Assembly (NCBI GenBank): GCA_032127745.1 | Contig: JAQBHL010000257.1 | Span: forward strand, 1-60,069 | Direction: 5' to 3' | Source: Acidobacteriota bacterium | GTDB lineage: Bacteria > Acidobacteriota > Vicinamibacteria > Fen-336 > JAGNNV01 | DNA length: 60,069 nucleotides | In this document: positions 38,390 through 48,221 of the stretch, piece by piece | Numbering within the stretch: position 1 is the stretch's first letter | Layout: each line of letters opens with the position of its first letter | Notes under the pieces: generated by a model | What the model was told of the DNA's origin: nothing | The model's database searches: none | Seen by the model: only the letters and a program-made list of their open reading frames with translations | Program-made: the position numbers and the translations under genes

Positions 38390-39148
38390 ATGCCTCGTCC
38401 CCTCATCGTCGGCAACTGGAAGATGCACAAGACGCTGGCCGAGGCCCGCGACCTGGCTCTGGCCGTGCGCGATGGCCTCACCGCTTTCACCGATATCGAC
38501 GTGGCTCTGGCTCCTCCCTTCACCGCCCTGTCCGCTGTCGGCCAAGTTCTCAAAGGATCTTCGGTGAGCCTCGCCGGCCAGACCATGCACGAGGCGGCGA
38601 AGGGGGCCTTCACGGGCGAGATCTCTCCTTTGATGCTCAAGGATGCCGGCTGCACCCACGTCATCCTGGGCCATTCCGAGCGCCGCCACATCTTCGGCGA
38701 GAGCGACCAGGCGGTGATGAAGAAGGCCCGAGCCGCCCTCGATCACGCCCTGATCCCGATTCTGTGCGTGGGGGAAACCCTCAATGAGCGAGAGACCTCG
38801 AGGACCTTCGAAGTGGTCGAGCGGCAGGCCGAGCACGCCCTTCGACACCTGACCCCGGAAGAGGCGTCCGCTTCGGTCCTGGCCTACGAACCGATCTGGG
38901 CCATCGGCACCGGGAGAACGGCCTCGCCGGAGCAGGTACAGGAGGTTCATATCTTTCTGAGAAAGCTGGTGGCGCGGTCCCACGGGGACGGCGTGGCCCG
39001 GGCCATCCGGATTCTGTACGGCGGCAGCGTCAAACCAGACAACGCCGGACTTCTGATCGCGGAGCCGGACGTGGACGGGGCCCTGGTCGGGGGCGCCTGC
39101 CTGGAAGCGCCGTCCTTCCTCGGCATCGTGGCCGCATCCAGAACCTGA
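38390..39148 (+). CDS. tpiA: Triosephosphate isomerase
   Basis: GNWKM, GHSERR, AYEPIWAIGTG, YGGSV, LVGGA. Confidence 0.97.
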   Translation: MPRPLIVGNWKMHKTLAEARDLALAVRDGLTAFTDIDVALAPPFTALSAVGQVLKGSSVSLAGQTMHEAAKGAFTGEISPLMLKDAGCTHVILGHSERRHIFGESDQAVMKKARAALDHALIPILCVGETLNERETSRTFEVVERQAEHALRHLTPEEASASVLAYEPIWAIGTGRTASPEQVQEVHIFLRKLVARSHGDGVARAIRILYGGSVKPDNAGLLIAEPDVDGALVGGACLEAPSFLGIVAASRT

Positions 39149-39311
39149 TGTCCAGGCAAAGACCAGGAGGAGAAGGCTCCCTCGGTTTGAGCGCGTCAAG
39201 TCCGATATACTCTGCCTCTTTCGGCCGCTCAGACCGCTCCCCTGAAGGGGGCCGCACTGAGACCAAGGCCGTTCCGAGCTGACTGCACCCGAGGCCTGAG
39301 GCAACCAAGCG

Positions 39312-39734
39312 ATGACCGTTCTCTACTACCTTGTTCTGATTCTGCACCTGATTGCGTGCTTCTTCCTGATCGCCGTGGTCCTGCTGCAGCAGGGCAAGGG
39401 TCAGGATCTGGCCAGTGCTTTCGGCGGCGGCGGGACCCAGGCCGCCTTCGGCCCTCGCGGCTCCGTGACCCTGCTGTCCCGGGTGACCACCGGCCTCGCC
39501 GTGGTCTTCATGATCACCAGCATCTCTCTGTCCATCCTCAAGCAGAAAGAGGCTTCGCTGCTGGACGCGATCCCGGCCGCCGCATCTCCGACCCCGGGCG
39601 CCGCGCCCACGGACGTGCTCGGAGTGCCGGTCGCCCCCGTGCCCTCACCCGCCGCGGACCGGCCCGAAGGCGCCGCCTCCCCCGAGGCCTCAACTCCCCC
39701 GGGGCCCGAAGGGTCCCTCACTCCCAGGCCGTAG
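39312..39734 (+). CDS. secG: Preprotein translocase subunit SecG
   Basis: VLLQQGKG...AFGGG...FG, two TMs, Pro/Ala tail; follows tpiA. Confidence 0.93.
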   Translation: MTVLYYLVLILHLIACFFLIAVVLLQQGKGQDLASAFGGGGTQAAFGPRGSVTLLSRVTTGLAVVFMITSISLSILKQKEASLLDAIPAAASPTPGAAPTDVLGVPVAPVPSPAADRPEGAASPEASTPPGPEGSLTPRP

Positions 39735-39794
39735 TCACGGGCGGACGATCCGCTCGATCGCCGGTCTGGAAGTCGCCGCCTTCGGTCCTGGACC

Positions 39795-40232
39795 TCAAGA
39801 GCGCGGCGTGAACAGTCGTGCGTGTTCGACCATGAGACAGCGGTCGTAGACCACGGTCCGGCCCGCCAGCGCGGCGATGGCGCCCTCATGAACACAGTCC
39901 AGCTGGAACCAGACCGCGGGCGGGTCGGGATCTGGGGCCTTCAGGATGTCGTCCGCCACCTCCATCAGATGTTCCGGGCGCCTGAAGACGTTGATGAGAT
40001 CGACCGGCGGCTCGACCTCGCTCACCGTCCGGAACACCCGGGCACCCAGGATCAGGTCCTCGCGCGGGTAGACGGGAACGATCTCATAGCCCGCGCGCTG
40101 CAGGTAGGCGGAAACCCGATGCGAGTCACGATGGGTTTTCGGAGAAAGGCCGATCACCGCGATCCGGCGCACTCGTTGAAGCAGCTCGCGAAGCCGGACA
40201 TCGTCCGGATTCGGCGGAAGTCCCGGGTTCAA
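39795..40232 (-). CDS. CoA-binding protein (YccU family)
   Basis: IAVIGLSPK..RDS, VDLINVFR, VWFQ, DRCLMVEH. Confidence 0.88.
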   Translation of the reverse strand: MNPGLPPNPDDVRLRELLQRVRRIAVIGLSPKTHRDSHRVSAYLQRAGYEIVPVYPREDLILGARVFRTVSEVEPPVDLINVFRRPEHLMEVADDILKAPDPDPPAVWFQLDCVHEGAIAALAGRTVVYDRCLMVEHARLFTPRS

Positions 40233-40243
40233 TCCGAAGCCCC

Positions 40244-41836
40244 CTACTCGACGAACGTCACTTTGTTGATTTCGCGCAGGCTGGTGGTCCCATCGAACAC
40301 CTTGTCTATGGCCCCCTCGCGCAAGGAGCGCATGCCAAACCCGCGGGCCTTCTTCTTGATCTCCCCCACCGGCCGACGCTCCAGGATGAGCTGCCGGATG
40401 TCATCGTGGAGCTCCAGCAGTTCACCCACCGCCCTTCGCCCCAGGAAGCCGCTCGACGCGCAGGCCTCGCAGGAGCCGCGGTCGTAGACCACGTGGTCCA
40501 GGAACCTGGCCGGATCGATTCCCGCCGAACGCCACTCCGCCTCGGAGATCGGCACCGCCTGCCGGCAGGAGCGGCACAAAACGCGGACCAGACGCTGGGC
40601 CAGAACCAGGGTCAGAGCGGAGACGAAGTTGTAGGGATCGACGCCCATGTGGAGAAAGCGGCCGATCACGTCGAAGACGTTGTTGGCGTGAACGGTGGTG
40701 AAGACGAGATGCCCGGTGAGCGCCGCCTGCACCGCGATCTGGGCGGTCTCCGGATCACGAACCTCGCCCACCATGATCTTGTCCGGATCGTGACGGAGAA
40801 TCGAGCGCAGGCCGCGCGCGAAGGTGAGTCCCTTCTTCTCGTTGACCGGCACCTGGGTGATGGCGGCGATCTGATACTCCACCGGATCCTCGATAGTGAT
40901 GATCTTCTCTTCGGAGCTCGCGATCTCGTTCAGGGCCGCATAGAGAGTGGTGGTCTTGCCGCTGCCGGTGGGGCCGGTGACCAGGATCATTCCGTAGGGC
41001 TCGGCCACGTACTTGCGCACCGTGGCCAGCTGAACCTGGTCGAAACCCAGGGCCTGAAGCCGCAGCTCCTGGAACTCCTTCGACAAAGACTCGCGATCCA
41101 GAATCCGGATGACCACGTCTTCGCCGTGAATCGAGGGCATGACGGAAACCCGGAAGTCGATGGTTCGAGCCGAGACCCGAAGCCGGAACCTTCCATCCTG
41201 GGGAATGCGCCGCTCCGCGATGTCCAGTTCCGCCATCACCTTGATGCGCGAGACGATGGTCTCGGCATGCCGTTTTTCCACGGGCGAGGTGGCCTCGTAC
41301 AAGGCGCCATCGATTCTGTACTTGGCGAGCACCGCGCGGTCCTTGGACTCGATGTGGATATCCGAGGCGCGACGCTCGATGGCCCCGAGCAACAGGGAAT
41401 CGACCAGACGGACGATGGGGCTCTCGGAGGCCAGGGTCTCGAGGTTGACGATCTTTCCGTCATCCTCGGAGATGAGTTCGAGACCCGAACCGAGGTCTTC
41501 ACGGGCCCGGTCGAGCAGGGTCTCCCCCCCCCGCTTACGCCTCAGACCCTCCGAAACATCCTGGGCCGTCGCCACCACGGCGTCGATGGGCCGGCCGAGC
41601 GCGAACTCCGCCTCGGAGATCCGCTCCAGGGAGAGGGGCGGCGCGAAGGCGAGGACCAGGCGGGCTCCCGATCGCCCGCAGGGTACACAGGAAAACCGAA
41701 CCAGGGTCTCGAGGTTGAGGCCTTCCCACAGGCTCGAGTCCGCGGTGTCGTGGTCTATGGAGACGAAGGGAAGGCGCAGGGCCTGCGCATGGGAGATCGC
41801 GCTTTCTTTGGGTGACTCCGGTGGGGCCATGTTCAT
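40244..41836 (-). CDS. GspE/PilB family secretion/pilus assembly ATPase
   Basis: ASDIH, LDIAERRIPQDG, GPTGSGKTTT, TIEDPVEY, LRHDPD, TGHLV.TT.H, tetra-Cys. Confidence 0.93.
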   Translation of the reverse strand: MNMAPPESPKESAISHAQALRLPFVSIDHDTADSSLWEGLNLETLVRFSCVPCGRSGARLVLAFAPPLSLERISEAEFALGRPIDAVVATAQDVSEGLRRKRGGETLLDRAREDLGSGLELISEDDGKIVNLETLASESPIVRLVDSLLLGAIERRASDIHIESKDRAVLAKYRIDGALYEATSPVEKRHAETIVSRIKVMAELDIAERRIPQDGRFRLRVSARTIDFRVSVMPSIHGEDVVIRILDRESLSKEFQELRLQALGFDQVQLATVRKYVAEPYGMILVTGPTGSGKTTTLYAALNEIASSEEKIITIEDPVEYQIAAITQVPVNEKKGLTFARGLRSILRHDPDKIMVGEVRDPETAQIAVQAALTGHLVFTTVHANNVFDVIGRFLHMGVDPYNFVSALTLVLAQRLVRVLCRSCRQAVPISEAEWRSAGIDPARFLDHVVYDRGSCEACASSGFLGRRAVGELLELHDDIRQLILERRPVGEIKKKARGFGMRSLREGAIDKVFDGTTSLREINKVTFVE

Positions 41837-41920
41837 ACTCTAATCGGGACCATCGACCGGACCTGGCCAGAGAACCGGTTCGGGGCCGCGGCCCTCCTCT
41901 GGCCTGGGCCCTGGACCCGG

Positions 41921-43567
41921 TCAGGGTTGAATCATCTCGGTGAGGCGGCGACGGGCGTCGAGCAGCGGATAGTCGATGCCCATGATCACGCCGAGGGTGG
42001 GAGCGATGTCTTCGGGCCCGGTGTGCCCCTCATAGGCGCCGGCCTTGATCCTCGGCCCCATGAACACCACCGGGACATGCCGGTCGTATTCATACGCGGT
42101 TCCGTGGCCGGTTCCCCCCGGCCTCTCGCTCAGGTACATATATTCCTTGAGGCGGGCGATGACCTGAGGGCTGCGCGAAGCGAAGTAGGAACGACGGACC
42201 GCGTCGAAATAGGGATCGTCGGAGGCCGCGGGCGGGTCGCCCGCGAAGGTGGACGCGGTGTAGATCCTGGCCACGACACCGGTGGCCATCAGAGCGTCGC
42301 CGATGGCCCGCTCCACTTCCTGGCGGTGCAGGCCCTGGCGCGCGATGGCATCGAGATTCAGGTAGAAATCGGGTGCGAAATAGGCGGCGACCAGATCCTT
42401 CTTTCCGGGGAATCGTTTCGCCAGCGCGGCCGTTACCGCCGCGCTCAGAGCCGCCGGGGACACGCGCTTCGCCAAAACACCCTGCTTCTGCAGGGTTTCA
42501 ACCAGGGGCATGACGGCATGATCGGCCGAGAGCACAAAGACCGCGCGGTCGAACCCCACCCGATCCCGCACGGCCTCGAGCAGCCTCTGCAGCGTGCGAT
42601 CGAGGCGCAGCATCTGGTCCATGATCTCGTGGGAATCGGGACCGAAGGCGTGGCCGATGACGTCAGTGGCGGAGAGACCAATGGCGAGAATATCCGTCGA
42701 CTCGTCGGTTCCGAGCTCATGCGCCTTCATGGCGGCAAGTGCTACCTCCAGAGTCAGATCGTCGGCGAAGGGGGTTCGTCTGAAGTTCTCGTAAAAAGCC
42801 GGCGTGCCTGGGGCTCCTTCAATGACATGCGGGAAAGTGGTGTCCTTGAGATCGGCTTCGGCCGCCACCTCGTCCTCCCCGGCGTACTTCAAGTAAAGGC
42901 TCTCGTCCGGGAGCAGCTTCGTCCAGTTCTTTTCGGCGTACGAGTCCGGGAGGTGGCGGGCGTTGAGCGCGTCGAGCCAGGCCGGCGCGGTCTTCATGTA
43001 ATAGGTGCTGGTGATGAACCGGCCTTGCGCCGTTTCGTACCAGTAGGCGGCGTCGGCCCGGGGACCGGCCATCAGGATGGCCGCGCGGTCCTTCAGGGAA
43101 ACCCCCACCACCTTCGAATCGGGCGAGACCGCCTTCAGCATGTCCCCGAGGGTGAAGCCCATGAAGTGCGCGGGCGAGGCTCCGCGCCCCTCGCCTCCAA
43201 CCGGGAGGCTGGCCGGGTCGTCCACCACGTTGACCTCTCGGCCCAGCTGTTCATCGAACCAGGCGTTGGCGATGATGCCGGAGTGGAGAGCATTGCTCCC
43301 GGAGAGAAGGGCCGCGTGCCCTGGTCCGGTCTCGCAGTTGGCATGGCGGTATCGAGCGTTCGAAAAGACGGCCCCCCGATCGAGGAGCGTCTTCAGACCG
43401 CCGATGAACAGGGGCCCGAACCGAACCAGGTAGTCGTACCTCATCTGGTCTATCGAGAGGGCCACCACCAGTCTCGGCCGAAGCGAGGCTGACGAGGCGG
43501 GCTGGGGAGTTTGCGGCTCCCCGGTGGTGGCAAAGGCCAGCGCAAGGACAAGAACGAGGCTTCTCAT
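41921..43567 (-). CDS. Alkaline phosphatase superfamily protein (PafA-like), exported
   Basis: IDQMRYDYL, TGPGH, SLKDRAAI, D.IGH.FGP.S.E, SADH, HGT...YD.HVP. Confidence 0.9.
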   Translation of the reverse strand: MRSLVLVLALAFATTGEPQTPQPASSASLRPRLVVALSIDQMRYDYLVRFGPLFIGGLKTLLDRGAVFSNARYRHANCETGPGHAALLSGSNALHSGIIANAWFDEQLGREVNVVDDPASLPVGGEGRGASPAHFMGFTLGDMLKAVSPDSKVVGVSLKDRAAILMAGPRADAAYWYETAQGRFITSTYYMKTAPAWLDALNARHLPDSYAEKNWTKLLPDESLYLKYAGEDEVAAEADLKDTTFPHVIEGAPGTPAFYENFRRTPFADDLTLEVALAAMKAHELGTDESTDILAIGLSATDVIGHAFGPDSHEIMDQMLRLDRTLQRLLEAVRDRVGFDRAVFVLSADHAVMPLVETLQKQGVLAKRVSPAALSAAVTAALAKRFPGKKDLVAAYFAPDFYLNLDAIARQGLHRQEVERAIGDALMATGVVARIYTASTFAGDPPAASDDPYFDAVRRSYFASRSPQVIARLKEYMYLSERPGGTGHGTAYEYDRHVPVVFMGPRIKAGAYEGHTGPEDIAPTLGVIMGIDYPLLDARRRLTEMIQP

Positions 43568-43801
43568 GGGCTCAGTCCTGTAGGTTTCGGACGCGGAGAC
43601 ATCGAGCCGGAGACCAACCGGAGATCGCTTCGTGACGCGTGAATCGGCTCATGAGGCCAGATCATGTCACGGAGGGGAAACGATACCCAGGGGGAGGATG
43701 CCTAAACCCCGCGCGTGCCTGGGCAGTCTAAGACAATAGGGTGGGTCCCCTGTCTGGGGGTGCCCTTCGGTCAGGCCCCCCGAGAGTCACCTACAAACCA
43801 G

Positions 43802-43822
43802 GTCTTAATGGTTACTTAAGAC
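43802..43822 (+). promoter_or_regulatory. Candidate operator GTCTTAA-N7-TTAAGAC (also CTTAAT-N5-CTTAAG)
   Basis: Perfect 7-bp palindrome in an AT-rich spacer upstream of the DUF5666/TonB-receptor pair; matches YTTAAK-N5-YTTAAK. Confidence 0.5.
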
Positions 43823-43885
43823 GGTAATGACAGGATAGGGTCGCACATGATGGCGGTGAGATCCGGTTTCTGTGTGGAGAGTTCA

Positions 43886-45163
43886 GTGAAGAGAGAAGTG
43901 GCACTGTGGATCGTGATCGTGGCCTTCAGCCTGCTGAGCCTCCCCGCTTCCGCTCAGACCCCCGCCCCGGCCACCGTCTTGGGTCAGGTCGAGTCCGTGG
44001 ACGCGGCCGCCCGGACGGTCTCGGTCAAGCTGGATGACGGCTCGAATCTCGTCGCATCCCTTGCCGAAGCGGCCACCGTGGTCAAAGTGGCTCCGGGCGA
44101 AAAGTCTCTTCAGAACGCGGTCCCCATTGAGTTCTCGTTCTTGACCCCCGGTGACCGGGTCCTGATTCGCGGAGGTGCTAGAACCGACGGCAGAATCGAG
44201 GGCGCCCTGCGCGTCATCGTGATGGCGAAGACGGATCTCGCCGCCCGGAACGAAGCGGAACAACGAGCCTGGCGCGAACGCGCGGTGGTGGGCACGGTCA
44301 CCGCGGTCGATGCTCTAAACGGCCAGTTCACCATCCGGGTGAGTTCAACGGCATCCGCGACGGCCCAGGCGCCCGCATCGGCCGGCCCCAGGACGGAAAC
44401 CCAGGCCGAGGCCGCCGGCGCCGTGGTCACCAACACCGTGACCGTCGACGCGAAGAGAGCCACTCTGCATCGCTACTCCGACACCTCGGCCAGATACGAA
44501 GACGCGAAACCGGCCCGGATTCAAGACATCGCCGAAGGGGATCAACTCCGACTCCTCGGAACCAGATCCGCGGATGGATCCGCGATGACGGCCGACCGCG
44601 TGGTCTTCGGCTCCTTCACGACCAGAGCTCTCGCCATTGAGCGTGTGGATGTCGAAACCGGCCTTGTGGCCGTCAAGGATCTCGAGTCGAACCAGAAATT
44701 CACCCTCTCCATCGTCGCCAAGGGAGCGATCCGCCGGATCCCGGCGGAAATGGGAGCCATGCTGGTCATGATGGCGAGTGGCGGCGGACGGCCCGGTGGA
44801 CCTCGTCCCGAGGGCGGTGCGCCCGCGGCAGGCGCGGGGCGACCTCAGGGCGCGGGCCCGGGAGCGCCGGGGGCCGGGTCTCCGGGAGGCGGAATGGGCG
44901 GCCGTGGTCCGGACGGTGGCAGTCCCCGGAGCGGCCGAGGGATGCAGGACATGGTTGAACGAATGCCCAGCATCACTCTCGCCGATCTCAAGAAGGACGA
45001 GTGGGTGGGGGCCGTGGTGGGCAAGATCGACGCCTCAGGTCACGCCATCGCCTTCAACCTGCTCGCGGGAATCGAGATCTTCGCATCACGGGCGAACCGC
45101 AGCGGCGGCGTCGAGGTCGGCATGCCCGCGGGACTCCTCGACGGGGCCATGGACGTGCCCTGA
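43886..45163 (+). CDS. Exported DUF5666-like repeat protein with Gly/Pro-rich linker
   Basis: Signal peptide; repeated GxV..VD...(L)..GD.V.. OB-like units; GTG 43886 (ATG 43847 alternative). Confidence 0.65.
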   Translation: MKREVALWIVIVAFSLLSLPASAQTPAPATVLGQVESVDAAARTVSVKLDDGSNLVASLAEAATVVKVAPGEKSLQNAVPIEFSFLTPGDRVLIRGGARTDGRIEGALRVIVMAKTDLAARNEAEQRAWRERAVVGTVTAVDALNGQFTIRVSSTASATAQAPASAGPRTETQAEAAGAVVTNTVTVDAKRATLHRYSDTSARYEDAKPARIQDIAEGDQLRLLGTRSADGSAMTADRVVFGSFTTRALAIERVDVETGLVAVKDLESNQKFTLSIVAKGAIRRIPAEMGAMLVMMASGGGRPGGPRPEGGAPAAGAGRPQGAGPGAPGAGSPGGGMGGRGPDGGSPRSGRGMQDMVERMPSITLADLKKDEWVGAVVGKIDASGHAIAFNLLAGIEIFASRANRSGGVEVGMPAGLLDGAMDVP

Positions 45164-45236
45164 GGAGGCTCACCGCTCCCCATCCGACTCTCAACCAAAC
45201 AATTCCGGCAACTTCGCAGATCGGCGCCTCCCCACC

Positions 45237-48212
45237 ATGAACCCCTCCGCGCTCCCCACCAGACTCGAGCGACGAACCCCATCGATGCTCGCGATCACGT
45301 TGACTCTGTGCTTTCTGGGCCTGGCCGGTCCGGCCCGCGCGAGGGCTGCGGAGGCTGTGATGGAAGGCCGGGTGATCGATCAGACCGGAGCCAGCGTGTC
45401 CGGAGTCCGGATCACCCTCACCGGCGACACCATCCGACAGCTCACAAGCGACCGGGAAGGGCGGTTTCGGGTGGCGGTTCCGGAGGGCTACTACGTGGTG
45501 ACCGCGGAAAAGATCGGATTCGTGGCCTTCGCCGCCCCCAACATCGAACTGAAGGCGGGGGCGCTCACGATTCAGGAGATTCGGCTCGAAGTGGCGCGCT
45601 CGGAGGATGTCACGGTCGAGGAGGAGGCCGCCGCGATCAGTCTCGACCCCTCTCAGAACGCGGGCGCCATCGTGGTCAAGGGCGCCGACCTCGAGGCTCT
45701 GCCCGATGACCCCGACGAACTCGAGGCCTATCTTCAGGCCCTGGCCGGCAATTCGGGCGGGCCGAACGGCGGACAGATTTTCATCGACGGATTCACCGGC
45801 GGCCGCATCCCGAGCAAGGCTTCGATCAAGGAAATCCGACTGAACTCGAACCCGTTTTCAGCGGAGTTCGATCGGATGGGCCATGGACGCATCCAGATCA
45901 TTACCAGGCCCGGCACCGACAAATACCGCGGCGCCGCATCCTTCCGCTTCAACAACGACGCCCTCAATACGCGGAATCCGTACGCTCCCAACAAGCCGCC
46001 CTATCAACGCGAGGACTACGGCCTCGAGTTCGCGGGGCCCCTCGGCAAGTCGGCCTCCTTCTCCTTCGATTCCGACTATCGAAGCGTGGACGACAACCAG
46101 ACCATCAACGCCGTGATCCTGGATTCGGACCTGATGAGCACGCCCTACGCCCTGACCATTACCAGGCCCCAGAGCCGTCTGTCCTTCTCGCCGCGCATCG
46201 ACTGGCAGGTCTCCCTGAATCACTCCCTCACCCTCCGTTATTCGCATTCCGAGAGCAAGGCCGCGGACAGCGGCATCGGCGGGTTCAACCTGCAGTCTCG
46301 CGGCTACGACACCGGCAGCTTCGACAACAGCGCCGACCTCACCCTCACCGGCCTGATAGGCCGGGCGGCGAACGAAGCGCGTCTGCGCTACGGCAGGAGC
46401 GGCCGCAACCAGACCGCGCAGGACCCCTCGGCCACCCTCGTGGTCCAGGACTCCTTCACCAGCGGCGGCGCTGCGGTGGGGGTATCGACGAACGATGGAT
46501 CGCAGTTCGAACTCTCCGACGTGGTTTCCTGGGCCACCAGGACTCACGCTTTCCGCAGCGGATTTCGCGTGCGGCGAGACACCACGGACGATATCTCGCG
46601 CAACAACTTCGCGGGGGTGGTGACTTTCGCCGGCGGCGCGGGACCGGAACTCGACCCGGACTTCAATCCCGTGCTGGGCGCGGACGGCGCCCCCTCGATA
46701 GTGACGCTCTCGAGCCTGGAACGGTACCAGCGGACCCTGGCCCTGCAGGACATGGGCTACTCGCCGGCGCAGATCCGAATCCTCGGGGGCGGGGTCAGCC
46801 AGTACCTGGTGGTGGGGGGCGATCCCCAAGCCGGGGTTTCCCAGACCGACGCGGGATTCTTCTTCAATGACGACTGGAAGAAGTCGGACCGGCTGGTTCT
46901 GGGCCTCGGCCTGCGCGCCGAGTTTCAAACCAACCTGAAGAGCCGGGTCGACCTGGCCCCTCGCGTCTCCTTCGCCTACTCCCTCCGGATGAACAAGGAT
47001 GGCAAGACCCCCAGCACGGTGGCGCGCGGCGGCTTCGGTGTCTTCTACGACCGCGTCGACGACAGCCTCGTGCTCGACGCGAATCGATACGTGGGCAGCG
47101 GGCGTCTCCAGTATCTCGTCACCGACCCCCTGATCCTGAACACCATCCAGGTATCGAATGGAGCGGTCACCAGGGTCCCCACCGCGGACACCTTGAACCG
47201 GTTCTCCCTGCCGCAGAACACCAAGGTTCTCGACCGCGACGTGCGGGCTCCGAGGTCCATTCAGGGATCGCTGTCTCTGGAGCAGCAGGTCGGAAACATG
47301 ACCGGGACGGTGACCATGATCGCCTCCCGCGGCGCCTATCAGCTCCGTTCGCGAAATATCAACGCGATCCGAGCCGACGGAACCCGGCCGCTCGAGATCA
47401 CGGGCGCGGTCTACGCCTACGAAACCACCGGCCGATCCAACCAGTTCCAGATCGTCACCGGTGTCTCCAGCCGTCCTGGCCGGGGGGCTTCGTTCTTCCT
47501 CCGCTACTTCCTGGGCTGGACGAAATCCGACACCGACGGGGCCGGGAGCTTCCCCGCGATCCCCGCCGATATCGGGGCCGAGTATTCCCGGGCCTCGTCG
47601 GACGTGCGCCATCGCGCGATGGCGGGCGGAAACATCAACGCGCCCTGGGGAATCAGGATCGGACCCATGCTCATCATGTCCACGGGCCGGCCGTACAACA
47701 TCACCACCGGTCGGGATCACAATCTCGACACCGTCTTTTCGGATCGACCGAGCTTCGGAATCGCCGGCGAACCCGGGGTGGTGGATACGATCTACGGCCC
47801 CCTCGACACCACCGGGGCGGGCGTCATCATCCCGCGCAACTATGGCGACGGACCGGTTTTCGCCAGCCTGTCCTTGCGCGTCTCCAAGACCATCTCCCTG
47901 AAGAAGACCGCCACCACCCCCTCAGGACCCGGCGCGGGAGGGCCGCCGATGGGAATGGGCGGGGGCGATCACGGCGGTGGCGGCATGGGGGGAATGCGCG
48001 GCGGCGGCGGCCCCGGGCTCACCTTCTCGATCAGCGTTTCGAACGTCCTCAACCGCCAGAACGACGGCACTCCGGTCGGCAACCTGTCGTCCCCCCTGTT
48101 CGGACAGTCGACCTCGCTCGGCGGTTTCTTCATGGGCTTCGGCCGCGGCGGCGGCGGCGGGAGCGACGCGGGCAACCGGCGCATCGAGCTTCAGGTCCGC
48201 GCCAACTTCTGA
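45237..48212 (+). CDS. TonB-dependent-receptor-like outer-membrane protein with carboxypeptidase-regulatory domain (Oar-like)
   Basis: GRVIDQTGA...TSD.EGRF, LEALPDDPDEL, NPFSAEF, LAPRVSFAY, GRPYNITTG.D.N, C-terminal RRIELQVRANF. Confidence 0.88.
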   Translation: MNPSALPTRLERRTPSMLAITLTLCFLGLAGPARARAAEAVMEGRVIDQTGASVSGVRITLTGDTIRQLTSDREGRFRVAVPEGYYVVTAEKIGFVAFAAPNIELKAGALTIQEIRLEVARSEDVTVEEEAAAISLDPSQNAGAIVVKGADLEALPDDPDELEAYLQALAGNSGGPNGGQIFIDGFTGGRIPSKASIKEIRLNSNPFSAEFDRMGHGRIQIITRPGTDKYRGAASFRFNNDALNTRNPYAPNKPPYQREDYGLEFAGPLGKSASFSFDSDYRSVDDNQTINAVILDSDLMSTPYALTITRPQSRLSFSPRIDWQVSLNHSLTLRYSHSESKAADSGIGGFNLQSRGYDTGSFDNSADLTLTGLIGRAANEARLRYGRSGRNQTAQDPSATLVVQDSFTSGGAAVGVSTNDGSQFELSDVVSWATRTHAFRSGFRVRRDTTDDISRNNFAGVVTFAGGAGPELDPDFNPVLGADGAPSIVTLSSLERYQRTLALQDMGYSPAQIRILGGGVSQYLVVGGDPQAGVSQTDAGFFFNDDWKKSDRLVLGLGLRAEFQTNLKSRVDLAPRVSFAYSLRMNKDGKTPSTVARGGFGVFYDRVDDSLVLDANRYVGSGRLQYLVTDPLILNTIQVSNGAVTRVPTADTLNRFSLPQNTKVLDRDVRAPRSIQGSLSLEQQVGNMTGTVTMIASRGAYQLRSRNINAIRADGTRPLEITGAVYAYETTGRSNQFQIVTGVSSRPGRGASFFLRYFLGWTKSDTDGAGSFPAIPADIGAEYSRASSDVRHRAMAGGNINAPWGIRIGPMLIMSTGRPYNITTGRDHNLDTVFSDRPSFGIAGEPGVVDTIYGPLDTTGAGVIIPRNYGDGPVFASLSLRVSKTISLKKTATTPSGPGAGGPPMGMGGGDHGGGGMGGMRGGGGPGLTFSISVSNVLNRQNDGTPVGNLSSPLFGQSTSLGGFFMGFGRGGGGGSDAGNRRIELQVRANF

Positions 48213-48221
48213 CCGGCGCGG

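Noticed and set aside
39735-39795. tRNA-Leu commonly found after secG
   Set aside because: Only 60 bp, with no cloverleaf or GTTCRA T-loop.
43570-43800. Possible riboswitch or CRP site in the long pafA/DUF5666 spacer
   Set aside because: Hairpin-prone, but I recognise no cobalamin, TPP or c-di-GMP consensus; CGTGA-N6-TCATG is only a weak CRP match.
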